Assembly: GCF_009914755.1 (NCBI RefSeq)
Contig: NC_060948.1
Length of the DNA: 64,000 nucleotides
Reading direction: 5' to 3' (one strand)
DNA from: the human T2T-CHM13v2.0 reference genome, Homo sapiens
The notes below the pieces were generated by a model. The model did not search any database. It worked only from the letters and a program-made list of their open reading frames with translations, and was not told the DNA's origin. Both the position numbers and the translations under genes were made by a program. Every line of letters starts with the position of its first letter. Within the stretch, counting starts at the first letter, position 1. Positions 12,800-27,120 of this stretch are shown piece after piece.

Positions 12800-15700
12800 T
12801 GAACTTTAATGGAATGTACTCGAATGGATTCGACTGGAATGGAATGTTCTGGAAGTGAATGGACTCCAATGGAATGGATTCAAAAGGAATGGAATCGTAC
12901 GGAATGGAATCTAATGGAATGGAATTAAATGGAAATGAATCAAATTGAATAGCACGGAATTGAATTGAATGGAATGGAATGCAATGGAATCTAATGAAAC
13001 GGAAAGGAAAGGAATGGAATGGAATGGAATGGGCTGGAATGGAAAGGAATCGAAACGAATGGAATGGAATCGAACTGAAGAGACTGGAATGGAATGCACT
13101 GGAATGGAAGGGAGTGTAATGGAAGGTTGTCGAAAAAAATGGAATCGAATGGAATGGAATTGAATGGAACGGAATAGAGTCGAATGGAATTGAATGGAAT
13201 GGAATGGACTAGAGTGAAATGGAATTGAACCACAAGGAATGGACAGGAATAGAATGGTCTCGAATTGAATGGAATCGTATGGAATGGCATCAAACGGAAT
13301 GGAATGGACAGCCACGGAATGGAATGCACTCGAATGCAATGGAGTCGAAACTAATGGACTGGAATAGAATGGACTCGACTGGTACGGACTCCAATGGAAT
13401 GGAATCGAATGGAAGGGAATCGAACGGAAGGGAATCGAACGGAATGGACTCGAAGGGAAAAGACTGCAATGGAAAGGTCTCGAATGGAATGGAAATTAAT
13501 GGAATGGAATGGAATCGAATGAAATGGAGTCAAAAGGAATGGAATCGAATGGCAAGAAATCGAATGTAATGGAATCGCCAGGAATTGATGTGAACGGAAC
13601 GGAATGGAATGGAATCCAAAGGAATGGAATAGAATGGAATGGAATCGAATGGAAAGGACTCCAATGGAAATCACTCGAATAGAATGCAATTTAATAAAAT
13701 AGGATCAAATGTAATGGAATGGAATGGAAAGGAATCGAAACGAAAGGAATGGAGACAGATGGAATGGAATGGAACAGAGAGCAATGGTATAGAATGGAAT
13801 GGAATCATCTGGAATGGAATTGAATGGAATGGAATAATATGAAATGGAATGGAATGGAATGGAGTGGAATGCCCTTGAATTAAATGGACTGGAATGGAAT
13901 GGACTCAAACAGAGTGGAATGGAAAGTGTGGAGATAGAATGGAATGAACTCCTTTGGAATGGTGTAGTATGCAATGCAATCGACTGGCAGGGAATCAAAA
14001 GAAATGTAATCGAATGGATTGGACTGGAATGCAATGGACTCGAATAGATTGGAAACGGAATGCAAAGGAATGGAATGGAATAGTATGGAATGCAATGGAA
14101 GGGAATGGAGTGGAATAGACTAGAGTGGAATGGAATGGACTGGAAAGCAATGGACTGGAATGGAACTTTCTTGGATGGACTGGAATCAAACGGAATGGAA
14201 TGCAATGCAATCAAATGGCATGGAATAAAATAGAATGAAAGAGAATCAAATGGAATTGAATCGAATGGAATCAAATGGATTGGAAATGAATAGAATGGAA
14301 TGGAATGGAATTGACTCAAATGGAATGGACTAGAATGGAATGGATTCGAATGGAAGGCAAAGGAATGGAATCTATTGGAATGGACTGTAATGGAATGGAA
14401 TGGAAGGGATTGGAATGGACTCGAATGGAATGGACTGCAATAGAAAGGATTCGAATGGAATGAAAAAGAATTGAATGGAATAGAACAGAATGGAATCAAA
14501 TCGAATGAAATGGAATGGAAAAGAAAGGAATGGAATGAAATGGAATGGAAAGGATTCGAATGTAATGCAATCGAATGGAATGGAATCGAACGGAATGGAA
14601 TAAAATGGAAGAAAACTGGCAAGAAATGGAATCGAAATGAATGGAGTGTTATGGAACGGACTCAAACGGAATTGAATGTAATAGAATGGAGTGGAGTGGA
14701 CTCGAATATAATGGACTGGAATGGAATGAAATCACATGGAATGGGAACGAATGGAATGGAATGGAAAGGAATGGAATCGAATGGAAAGGAATCGAATGGA
14801 AGGGAATGAAATTGAATCAACAGGAATGGAAGGGAATAGAATAGACTGTAATGGAATGGACTCGAATAGAATGGACACGAATGCTCAAATTAAATGGACT
14901 CGAATGGAATGGAAACGAAAGGAATGTCATCGAATGGAATTGAATCGATTGGAATGAAATCGCATAGAATGGAGTGGAATCAAATGGAATTGAATCGAAA
15001 GGAAAGGAAGCGAATGGACTGAAATGAAATGGAATGGAATTGTATGGAAAGTAATGCAATGGAATAGAATGGAACGAAATTTCACGGAATGGAATCAAAC
15101 TGAATGGAATCAAATCAATGGAATCAAATCAAATGGAATGGAAAGGAATTGAATGGAGTAGATGGGATTGGATGGGATTGGAATGAAATGTACTGGAAAG
15201 GACTCGAATTTCATGAAACGGAATGGAATGAATTGGAACGGAATGGACTCGAATGGAATGGAATGTCATGGGATGGCATCAAATGGAATGGCATCAAATG
15301 GAATGGAATCGAATGCAATGGAATGCTGTGGAATGGAATGGAATGCATTGGAATGGAATGTCCTCTAATGGAATGGATTCGAGTGGAATGGAATTGAATA
15401 TAATGGAGTCGAATGAAATGGAATTGAAAGGAATGGGATCGAATACAATGGAATATACTGGAATGTAACGTAATGAACTCGAATGTAATTGACTGGAATG
15501 GAATGTACATGAATGGAATGTAATCGAATGGAAAGTAATCCAATGGAATAGAATCTAATGCAATAAAATCGACTCAGATAGAGTAGAATGTAATGGAATG
15601 GAGTGCAGTGCAATGGAATGGAATGGAATGGAATGCAATGGAATGGAATGGAATGGAATGGAATGGAATGGAATGGAATGGGATGGAATGGTATGGAATG

Positions 15701-18700
15701 GATAGTAATAGACTGGAGTGAAATGGACTGGAAAGGAATGGACTCAAATTGAAAGGGCTCGAAAGGAATGGAGTCAAATGGAATGGTCTGGAATGGAATG
15801 AACACGAATGTAATGCAACCCAATAGAATGGAATCGAATGGCATGGAATATAAAGAAATGGAATCGAAGAGAATGGAAACAAATGGAATGGAATTGAATG
15901 GAATGGAATTGAATGGAATGGGAACGAATGGAGTGAAATTGTATGCAGTAGAAGAGAATAGAATGGAATGCAAGCGAAAGGAAAGGAATGGATTGGAATG
16001 GAATGGAATTCATTGGAATGGAAGGGAATGTAGTGTAATGGACAGGCCTGGAATAAAGTGGAATGCTACGGTCTCGAATGGAATAAAAATGTATGGAATG
16101 GAATGCAATGAAACGGAATCGAATGTCATAGAATGTAATGGAATGCAACAAAATGGAATCCAAAATCATTGACTGGAAAGGCTGGGTGTCGAAAGGAATT
16201 GACTCCAATGGAATGGAATCGAATGGAATGGAAGTGAATAGAATCGAACTAAATCGAATGGAATGGAATTGATAGGAACGGAATGGAAAGGAATGCAATG
16301 ATTTGGCATGGAATGGAATCGAATGGCATCGAATGGAATGGAATGGAATGCAATGGAATGGAATGTATTAGAATGTAATGAACTTTAATGGAATGTACTC
16401 GAATGGATTCGACTGGAATGGAATGTTCTGGAAGTGAATGGACTCCAATGGAATGGATTCAAAAGGAATGGAATCGTACGGAATGGAATCTAATGGAATG
16501 GAATTAAATGGAAATGAATCAAATTGAATAGCACGGAATTGAATTGAATGGAATGGAATGCAATGGAATCTAATGAAACGGAAAGGAAAGGAATGGAATG
16601 GAATGGAATGGGCTGGAATGGAAAGGAATCGAAACGAATGGAATGGAATCGAACTGAAGAGACTGGAATGGAATGCACTGGAATGGAAGGGAGTGTAATG
16701 GAAGGTTGTCGAAAAAAATGGAATCGAATGGAATGGAATTGAATGGAACGGAATAGAGTCGAATGGAATTGAATGGAATGGAATGGACTAGAGTGAAATG
16801 GAATCGAACCACAAGGAATGGACAGGAATAGAATGGTCTCGAATTGAATGGAATCGTATGGAATGGCATCAAACGGAATGGAATGGACAGCCACGGAATG
16901 GAATGCACTCGAATGCAATGGAGTCGAAACAAATGGACTGGAATAGAATGGACTCGACTGGTACGGACTCCAATGGAATGGAATCGAATGGAAGGGAATC
17001 GAACGGAAGGGAATCGAACGGAATGGACTCGAAGGGAAAAGACTGCAATGGAAAGGTCTCGAATGGAATGGAAATTAATGGAATGGAATGGAATCGAATG
17101 AAATGGAGTCAAAAGGAATGGAATCGAATGGCAAGAAATCTAATGTAATGGAATCGCCAGGAATTGATGCGAACGGAACGGAATGGAATGGAATCCAAAG
17201 GAATGGAATAGAATGGAATGGAATCGAATGGAAAGGACTCCAATGGAAATCACTCGAATAGAATGCAATTTAATAAAATAGGATCAAATGTAATGGAATG
17301 GAATGGAAAGGAATCGAAACGAAAGGAATGGAGACAGATGGAATGGAATGGAACAGAGAGCAATGGTATAGAATGGAATGGAATCATCTGGAATGGAATT
17401 GAATGGAATGGAATAATATGAAATGGAATGGAATGGAATGGAGTGGAATGCCCTTGAATTAAATGGACTGGAATGGAATGGACTCAAACAGAGTGGAATG
17501 GAAAGTGTGGAGATAGAATGGAATGAACTCCTTTGGAATGGTGTAGTATGCAATGCAATCGACTGGCAGGGAATCAAAAGAAATGTAATCGAATGGATTG
17601 GACTGGAATGCAATGGACTCGAATAGATTGGAAACGGAATGCAAAGGAATGGAATGGAATAGTATGGAATGCAATGGAAGGGAATGGAGTGGAATAGACT
17701 AGAGTGGAATGGAATGGACTGGAAAGCAATGGACTGGAATGGAACTTTCTTGGATGGACTGGAATCAAACGGAATGGAATGCAATGCAATCAAATGGCAT
17801 GGAATAAAATAGAATGAAAGAGAATCAAATGGAATTGAATCGAATGGAATCGAATGGATTGGAAATGAATAGAATGGAATGGAATGGAATTGACTCAAAT
17901 GGAATGGACTAGAATGGAATGGATTCGAATGGAAGGCAAAGGAATGGAATCTATTGGAATGGACTGTAATGGAATGGAATGGAAGGGATTGGAATGGACT
18001 CGAATGGAATGGACTGCAATAGAAAGGATTCGAATGGAATGAAAAAGAATTGAATGGAATAGAACAGAATGGAATCAAATCGAATGAAATGGAATGGAAT
18101 AGAAAGGAATGGAATGAAATGGAATGGAAAGGATTCGAATGGAATGCAATCGAATGGAATGGAATCGAACGGAATGGAATAAAATGGAAGAAAACTGGCA
18201 AGAAATGGAATCGAAATGAATGGAGTGTTATGGAACGGACTCAAACGGAATTGAATGTAATAGAATGGAGTGGAGTGGACTCGAATATAATGGACTGGAA
18301 TGGAATGAAATCACATGGAATGGGAACGAATGGAATGGAATGGAAAGGAATGGAATCGAATGGAAAGGAATCGAATGGAAGGGAATGAAATTGAATCAAC
18401 AGGAATGGAAGGGAATAGAATAGACTGTAATGGAATGGACTCGAATAGAATGGACACGAATGCTCAAATTAAATGGACTCGAATGGAATGGAAACGAAAG
18501 GAATGTCATCGAATGGAATTGAATCGATTGGAATGAAATCGCATAGAATGGAGTGGAATCAAATGGAATTGAATCGAAAGGAAAGGAAGCGAATGGACTG
18601 AAATGAAATGGAATGGAATTGTATGGAAAGTAATGCAATGGAATAGAATGGAACGAAATTTCACGGAATGGAATCAAACTGAATGGAATCAAATCAATGG

Positions 18701-19720
18701 AATCAAATCAAATGGAATGGAAAGGAATTGAATGGAGTAGATGGGATTGGATGGGATTGGAATGAAATGTACTGGAAAGGACTCGAATTTCATGAAACGG
18801 AATGGAATGAATTGGAACGGAATGGACTCGAATGGAATGGAATGTCATGGGATGGCATCAAATGGAATGGCATCAAATGGAATGGAATCGAATGCAATGG
18901 AATGCTGTGGAATGGAATGGAATGCATTGGAATGGAATGTCCTCTAATGGAATGGATTCGAGTGGAATGGAATTGAATATAATGGAGTCGAATGAAATGG
19001 AATTGAAAGGAATGGGATCGAATACAATGGAATATACTGGAATGTAACGTAATGAACTCGAATGTAATTGACTGGAATGGAATGTACATGAATGGAATGT
19101 AATCGAATGGAAAGTAATCCAATGGAATAGAATCTAATGCAATAAAATCGACTCAGATAGAGTAGAATGTAATGGAATGGAGTGCAGTGCAATGGAATGG
19201 AATGGAATGGAATGCAATGGAATGGAATGGAATGGAATGGAATGGAATGGAATGGAATGGGATGGAATGGTATGGAATGGATAGTAATAGACTGGAGTGA
19301 AATGGACTGGAAAGGAATGGACTCAAATTGAAAGGGCTCGAAAGGAATGGAGTCAAATGGAATGGTCTGGAATGGAATGAACACGAATGTAATGCAACCC
19401 AATAGAATGGAATCGAATGGCATGGAATATAAAGAAATGGAATCGAAGAGAATGGAAACAAATGGAATGGAATTGAATGGAATGGAATTGAATGGAATGG
19501 GAACGAATGGAGTGAAATTGTATGCAGTAGAAGAGAATAGAATGGAATGCAAGCGAAAGGAAAGGAATGGATTGGAATGGAATGGAATTCATTGGAATGG
19601 AAGGGAATGTAGTGTAATGGACAGGCCTGGAATAAAGTGGAATGCTACGGTCTCGAATGGAATAAAAATGTATGGAATGGAATGCAATGAAACGGAATCG
19701 AATGTCATAGAATGTAATGG
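12800..19720 (+). repeat. Tandem pair with 3579-bp period
   Basis: ORFs are offset by exactly 3579 (e.g. 13844/17423, 15104/18683). Shared private variants: GGAGTGGAATGCCC, AAAAGAAATG, GGAAATGAATAG, CTCAAACGG, TTGTATGG, GCTGTGG and GTAATAGACT. Boundaries are approximate. Confidence 0.75.
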
Positions 19721-22700
19721 AATGCAAAAAAATGGAATCCAAAATCATTGACTGGAAAGGCTGGGTGTCGAAAGGAATTGACTCCAATGGAATGGAATCG
19801 AATGGAATGGAAGTGAATAGAATCGAACTAAATCGAATGGAATGGAATTGATAGGAACGGAATGGAAAGGAATGCAATGATTTGGCATGGAATGGAATCG
19901 AATGGCATCGAATGGAATGGAATGGAATGCAATGGAATGGAATGTATTAGAATGTAATGAACTTTAATGGAATGTACTCGAATGGATTCGACTGGAATGG
20001 AATGTTCTGGAAGTGAATGGACTCCAATGGAATGGATTCAAAAGGAATGGAATCGTACGGAATGGAATCTAATGGAATGGAATTAAATGGAAATGAATCA
20101 AATTGAATAGCACGGAATTGAATTGAATGGAATGGAATGCAATGGAATCTAATGAAACGGAAAGGAAAGGAATGGAATGGAATGGAATGGGCTGGAATGG
20201 AAAGGAATCGAAACGAATGGAATGGAATCGAACTGAAGAGACTGGAATGGAATGCACTGGAATGGAAGGGAGTGTAATGGAAGGTTCTCGAAAAAAATGG
20301 AATCGAATGGAATTGAATTGAATGGAACGGAATAGAGTCGAATGGAATTGAATGGAATGGAATGGACTAGAGTGAAATGGAATCGAACCACAAGGAATGG
20401 ACAGGAATAGAATGGTCTCGAATTGAATGGAATCGTATGGAATGGCATCAAACGGAATGGAATGGACAGCCACGGAATGGAATGCACTCGAATGCAATGG
20501 AGTCGAAACAAATGGACTGGAATAGAATGGACTCGACTGGTACGGACTCCAATGGAATGGAATCGAATGGAAGGGAATCGAACGGAAGGGAATCGAACGG
20601 AATGGACTCGAAGGGAAAAGACTGCAATGGAAAGGTCTCGAATGGAATGGAAATTAATGGAATGGAATGGAATCGAATGAAATGGAGTCAAAAGGAATGG
20701 AATCGAATGGCAAGAAATCGAATGTAATGGAATCGCCAGGAATTGATGTGAACGGAACGGAATGGAATGGAATCCAAAGGAATGGAATAGAATGGAATGG
20801 AATCGAATGGAAAGGACTCGAATGGAAATCACTCGAATAGAATGCAATTTAATAAAATAGGATCAAATGTAATGGAATGGAATGGAAAGGAATCGAAACG
20901 AAAGGAATGGAGACAGATGGAATGGAATGGAACAGAGAGCAATGGTATAGAATGGAATGGAATCATCTGGAATGGAATTGAATGGAATGGAATAATATGA
21001 AATGGAATGGAATGGAATGGAATGGAATGCCCTTGGATTAAATGGACTGGAATGGAATGGACTCAAACAGAGTGGAATGGAAAGTGTGGAGATAGAATGG
21101 AATGAACTCCTTTGGAATGGTGTAGTATGCAATGCAATCGACTGGCAGGGAATCAAAAGGAATGTAATCGAATGGATTGGACTGGAATGCAATGGACTCG
21201 AATAGATTGGAAACGGAATGCAAAGGAATGGAATGGAATAGTATGGAATGCAATGGAAGGGAATGGAGTGGAATAGACTAGAGTGGAATGGAATGGACTG
21301 GAAAGCAATGGACTGGAATGGAACTTTCTTGGATGGACTGGAACCAAACGGAATGGAATGCAATGCAATCAAATGGCATGGAATAAAATAGAATGAAAGA
21401 GAATCAAATGGAATTGAATCGAATGGAATCGAATGGATTGGAAAGGAATAGAATGGAATGGAATGGAATTGACTCAAATGGAATGGACTAGAATGGAATG
21501 GATTCGAATGGAAGGCAAAGGAATGGAATCTATTGGAATGGACTGTAATGGAATGGAATGGAAGGGATTGGAATGGACTCGAATGGAATGGACTGCAATA
21601 GAAAGGATTCGAATGGAATGAAAAAGAATTGAATGGAATAGAACAGAATGGAATCAAATCGAATGAAATGGAATGGAATAGAAAGGAATGGAATGAAATG
21701 GAATGGAAAGGATTCGAATGGAATGCAATCGAATGGAATGGAATCGAACGGAATGGAATAAAATGGAAGAAAACTGGCAAGAAATGGAATCGAAATGAAT
21801 GGAGTGTTATGGAACGGACTCAAAAGGAATTGAATGTAATAGAATGGAGTGGAGTGGACTCGAATATAATGGACTGGAATGGAATGAAATCACATGGAAT
21901 GGGAACGAATGGAATGGAATGGAAAGGAATGGAATCGAATGGAAAGGAATCGAATGGAAGGGAATGAAATTGAATCAACAGGAATGGAAGGGAATAGAAT
22001 AGACTGTAATGGAATGGACTCGAATAGAATGGACACGAATGCTCAAATTAAATGGACTCGAATGGAATGGAAACGAAAGGAATGTCATCGAATGGAATTG
22101 AATCGATTGGAATGAAATCGCATAGAATGGAGTGGAATCAAATGGAATTGAATCGAAAGGAAAGGAAGCGAATGGACTGAAATGAAATGGAATGGAATTG
22201 AATGGAAAGTAATGCAATGGAATAGAATGGAACGAAATTTCACGGAATGGAATCAAACTGAATGGAATCAAATCAATGGAATCAAATCAAATGGAATGGA
22301 AAGGAATTGAATGGAGTAGATGGGATTGGATGGGATTGGAATGAAATGTACTGGAAAGGACTCGAATTTCATGAAACGGAATGGAATGAATTGGAACGGA
22401 ATGGACTCGAATGGAATGGAATGTCATGGGATTGCATCAAATGGAATGGCATCAAATGGAATGGAATCGAATGCAATGGAATGCTATGGAATGGAATGGA
22501 ATGCATTGGAATGGAATGTCCTCTAATGGAATGGATTCGAGTGGAATGGAATTGAATATAATGGAGTCGAATGAAATGGAATTGAAAGGAATGGGATCGA
22601 ATACAATGGAATATACTGGAATGTAACGTAATGAACTCGAATGTAATTGACTGGAATGGAATGTACATGAATGGAATGTAATCGAATGGAAAGTAATCCA

Positions 22701-25700
22701 ATGGAATAGAATCTAATGCAATAAAATCGACTCAGATAGAGTAGAATGTAATGGAATGGAGTGCAGTGCAATGGAATGGAATGGAATGGAATGCAATGGA
22801 ATGGAATGGAATGGAATGGAATGGAATGGAATGGAATGGAATGGGATGGAATGGTATGGAATGGATAGTAATGGACTGGAGTGAAATGGACTGGAAAGGA
22901 ATGGACTCAAATTGAAAGGGCTCGAAAGGAATGGAGTCAAATGGAATGGTCTGGAATGGAATGAACACGAATGTAATGCAACCCAATAGAATGGAATCGA
23001 ATGGCATGGAATATAAAGAAATGGAATCGAAGAGAATGGAAACAAATGGAATGGAATTGAATGGAATGGAATTGAATGGAATGGGAACGAATGGAGTGAA
23101 ATTGTATGCAGTAGAAGAGAATAGAATGGAATGCAAGCGAAAGGAAAGGAATGGATTGGAATGGAATGGAATTCATTGGAATGGAAGGGAATGTAGTGTA
23201 ATGGACAGGCCTGGAATAAAGTGGAATGCTACGGTCTCGAATGGAATAAAAATGTATGGAATGGAATGCAATGAAACGGAATCGAATGTCATAGAATGTA
23301 ATGGAATGCAAAAAAATGGAATCCAAAATCATTGACTGGAAAGGCTGGGTGTCGAAAGGAATTGACTCCAATGGAATGGAATCGAATGGAATGGAAGTGA
23401 ATAGAATCGAACTAAATCGAATGGAATGGAATTGATAGGAACGGAATGGAAAGGAATGCAATGATTTGGCATGGAATGGAATCGAATGGCATCGAATGGA
23501 ATGGAATGGAATGCAATGGAATGGAATGTATTAGAATGTAATGAACTTTAATGGAATGTACTCGAATGGATTCGACTGGAATGGAATGTTCTGGAAGTGA
23601 ATGGACTCCAATGGAATGGATTCAAAAGGAATGGAATCGTACGGAATGGAATCTAATGGAATGGAATTAAATGGAAATGAATCAAATTGAATAGCACGGA
23701 ATTGAATTGAATGGAATGGAATGCAATGGAATCTAATGAAACGGAAAGGAAAGGAATGGAATGGAATGGAATGGGCTGGAATGGAAAGGAATCGAAACGA
23801 ATGGAATGGAATCGAACTGAAGAGACTGGAATGGAATGCACTGGAATGGAAGGGAGTGTAATGGAAGGTTCTCGAAAAAAATGGAATCGAATGGAATGGA
23901 ATTGAATGGAACGGAATAGAGTCGAATGGAATTGAATGGAATGGAATGGACTAGAGTGAAATGGAATCGAACCACAAGGAATGGACAGGAATAGAATGGT
24001 CTCGAATTGAATGGAATCGTATGGAATGGCATCAAACGGAATGGAATGGACAGCCACGGAATGGAATGCACTCGAATGCAATGGAGTCGAAACAAATGGA
24101 CTGGAATAGAATGGACTCGACTGGTACGGACTCCAATGGAATGGAATCGAATGGAAGGGAATCGAACGGAAGGGAATCGAACGGAATGGACTCGAAGGGA
24201 AAAGACTGCAATGGAAAGGTCTCGAATGGAATGGAAATTAATGGAATGGAATGGAATCGAATGAAATGGAGTCAAAAGGAATGGAATCGAATGGCAAGAA
24301 ATCGAATGTAATGGAATCGCCAGGAATTGATGTGAACGGAACGGAATGGAATGGAATCCAAAGGAATGGAATAGAATGGAATGGAATCGAATGGAAAGGA
24401 CTCGAATGGAAATCACTCGAATAGAATGCAATTTAATAAAATAGGATCAAATGTAATGGAATGGAATGGAAAGGAATCGAAACGAAAGGAATGGAGACAG
24501 ATGGAATGGAATGGAACAGAGAGCAATGGTATAGAATGGAATGGAATCATCTGGAATGGAATTGAATGGAATGGAATAATATGAAATGGAATGGAATGGA
24601 ATGGAATGGAATGCCCTTGAATTAAATGGACTGGAATGGAATGGACTCAAACAGAGTGGAATGGAAAGTGTGGAGATAGAATGGAATGAACTCCTTTGGA
24701 ATGGTGTAGTATGCAATGCAATCGACTGGCAGGGAATCAAAAGGAATGTAATCGAATGGATTGGACTGGAATGCAATGGACTCGAATAGATTGGAAACGG
24801 AATGCAAAGGAATGGAATGGAATAGTATGGAATGCAATGGAAGGGAATGGAGTGGAATAGACTAGAGTGGAATGGAATGGACTGGAAAGCAATGGACTGG
24901 AATGGAACTTTCTTGGATGGACTGGAACCAAACGGAATGGAATGCAATGCAATCAAATGGCATGGAATAAAATAGAATGAAAGAGAATCAAATGGAATTG
25001 AATCGAATGGAATCGAATGGATTGGAAAGGAATAGAATGGAATGGAATGGAATTGACTCAAATGGAATGGACTAGAATGGAATGGATTCGAATGGAAGGC
25101 AAAGGAATGGAATCTATTGGAATGGACTGTAATGGAATGGAATGGAAGGGATTGGAATGGACTCGAATGGAATGGACTGCAATAGAAAGGATTCGAATGG
25201 AATGAAAAAGAATTGAATGGAATAGAACAGAATGGAATCAAATCGAATGAAATGGAATGGAATAGAAAGGAATGGAATGAAATGGAATGGAAAGGATTCG
25301 AATGGAATGCAATCGAATGGAATGGAATCGAACGGAATGGAATAAAATGGAAGAAAACTGGCAAGAAATGGAATCGAAATGAATGGAGTGTTATGGAACG
25401 GACTCAAAAGGAATTGAATGTAATAGAATGGAGTGGAGTGGACTCGAATATAATGGACTGGAATGGAATGAAATCACATGGAATGGGAACGAATGGAATG
25501 GAATGGAAAGGAATGGAATCGAATGGAAAGGAATCGAATGGAAGGGAATGAAATTGAATCAACAGGAATGGAAGGGAATAGAATAGACTGTAATGGAATG
25601 GACTCGAATAGAATGGACACGAATGCTCAAATTAAATGGACTCGAATGGAATGGAAACGAAAGGAATGTCATCGAATGGAATTGAATCGATTGGAATGAA

Positions 25701-27120
25701 ATCGCATAGAATGGAGTGGAATCAAATGGAATTGAATCGAAAGGAAAGGAAGCGAATGGACTGAAATGAAATGGAATGGAATTGAATGGAAAGTAATGCA
25801 ATGGAATAGAATGGAACGAAATTTCACGGAATGGAATCAAACTGAATGGAATCAAATCAATGGAATCAAATCAAATGGAATGGAAAGGAATTGAATGGAG
25901 TAGATGGGATTGGATGGGATTGGAATGAAATGTACTGGAAAGGACTCGAATTTCATGAAACGGAATGGAATGAATTGGAACGGAATGGACTCGAATGGAA
26001 TGGAATGTCATGGGATTGCATCAAATGGAATGGCATCAAATGGAATGGAATCGAATGCAATGGAATGCTATGGAATGGAATGGAATGCATTGGAATGGAA
26101 TGTCCTCTAATGGAATGGATTCGAGTGGAATGGAATTGAATATAATGGAGTCGAATGAAATGGAATTGAAAGGAATGGGATCGAATACAATGGAATATAC
26201 TGGAATGTAACGTAATGAACTCGAATGTAATTGACTGGAATGGAATGTACATGAATGGAATGTAATCGAATGGAAAGTAATCCAATGGAATAGAATCTAA
26301 TGCAATAAAATCGACTCAGATAGAGTAGAATGTAATGGAATGGAGTGCAGTGCAATGGAATGGAATGGAATGGAATGCAATGGAATGGAATGGAATGGAA
26401 TGGAATGGAATGGAATGGAATGGAATGGGATGGAATGGTATGGAATGGATAGTAATGGACTGGAGTGAAATGGACTGGAAAGGAATGGACTCAAATTGAA
26501 AGGGCTCGAAAGGAATGGAGTCAAATGGAATGGTCTGGAATGGAATGAACACGAATGTAATGCAACCCAATAGAATGGAATCGAATGGCATGGAATATAA
26601 AGAAATGGAATCGAAGAGAATGGAAACAAATGGAATGGAATTGAATGGAATGGAATTGAATGGAATGGGAACGAATGGAGTGAAATTGTATGCAGTAGAA
26701 GAGAATAGAATGGAATGCAAGCGAAAGGAAAGGAATGGATTGGAATGGAATGGAATTCATTGGAATGGAAGGGAATGTAGTGTAATGGACAGGCCTGGAA
26801 TAAAGTGGAATGCTACGGTCTCGAATGGAATAAAAATGTATGGAATGGAATGCAATGAAACGGAATCGAATGTCATAGAATGTAATGGAATGCAAAAAAA
26901 TGGAATCCAAAATCATTGACTGGAAAGGCTGGGTGTCGAAAGGAATTGACTCCAATGGAATGGAATCGAATGGAATGGAAGTGAATAGAATCGAACTAAA
27001 TCGAATGGAATGGAATTGATAGGAACGGAATGGAAAGGAATGCAATGATTTGGCATGGAATGGAATCGAATGGCATCGAATGGAATGGAATGGAATGCAA
27101 TGGAATGGAATGTATTAGAA
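19300..27120 (+). repeat. Tandem pair with 3584-bp period
   Basis: ORFs are offset by exactly 3584 (20377/23961, 22262/25846). Shared private variants: GGAACCAAAC and GGGATTGCATC. Boundaries are approximate and overlap the neighbouring blocks. Confidence 0.75.
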
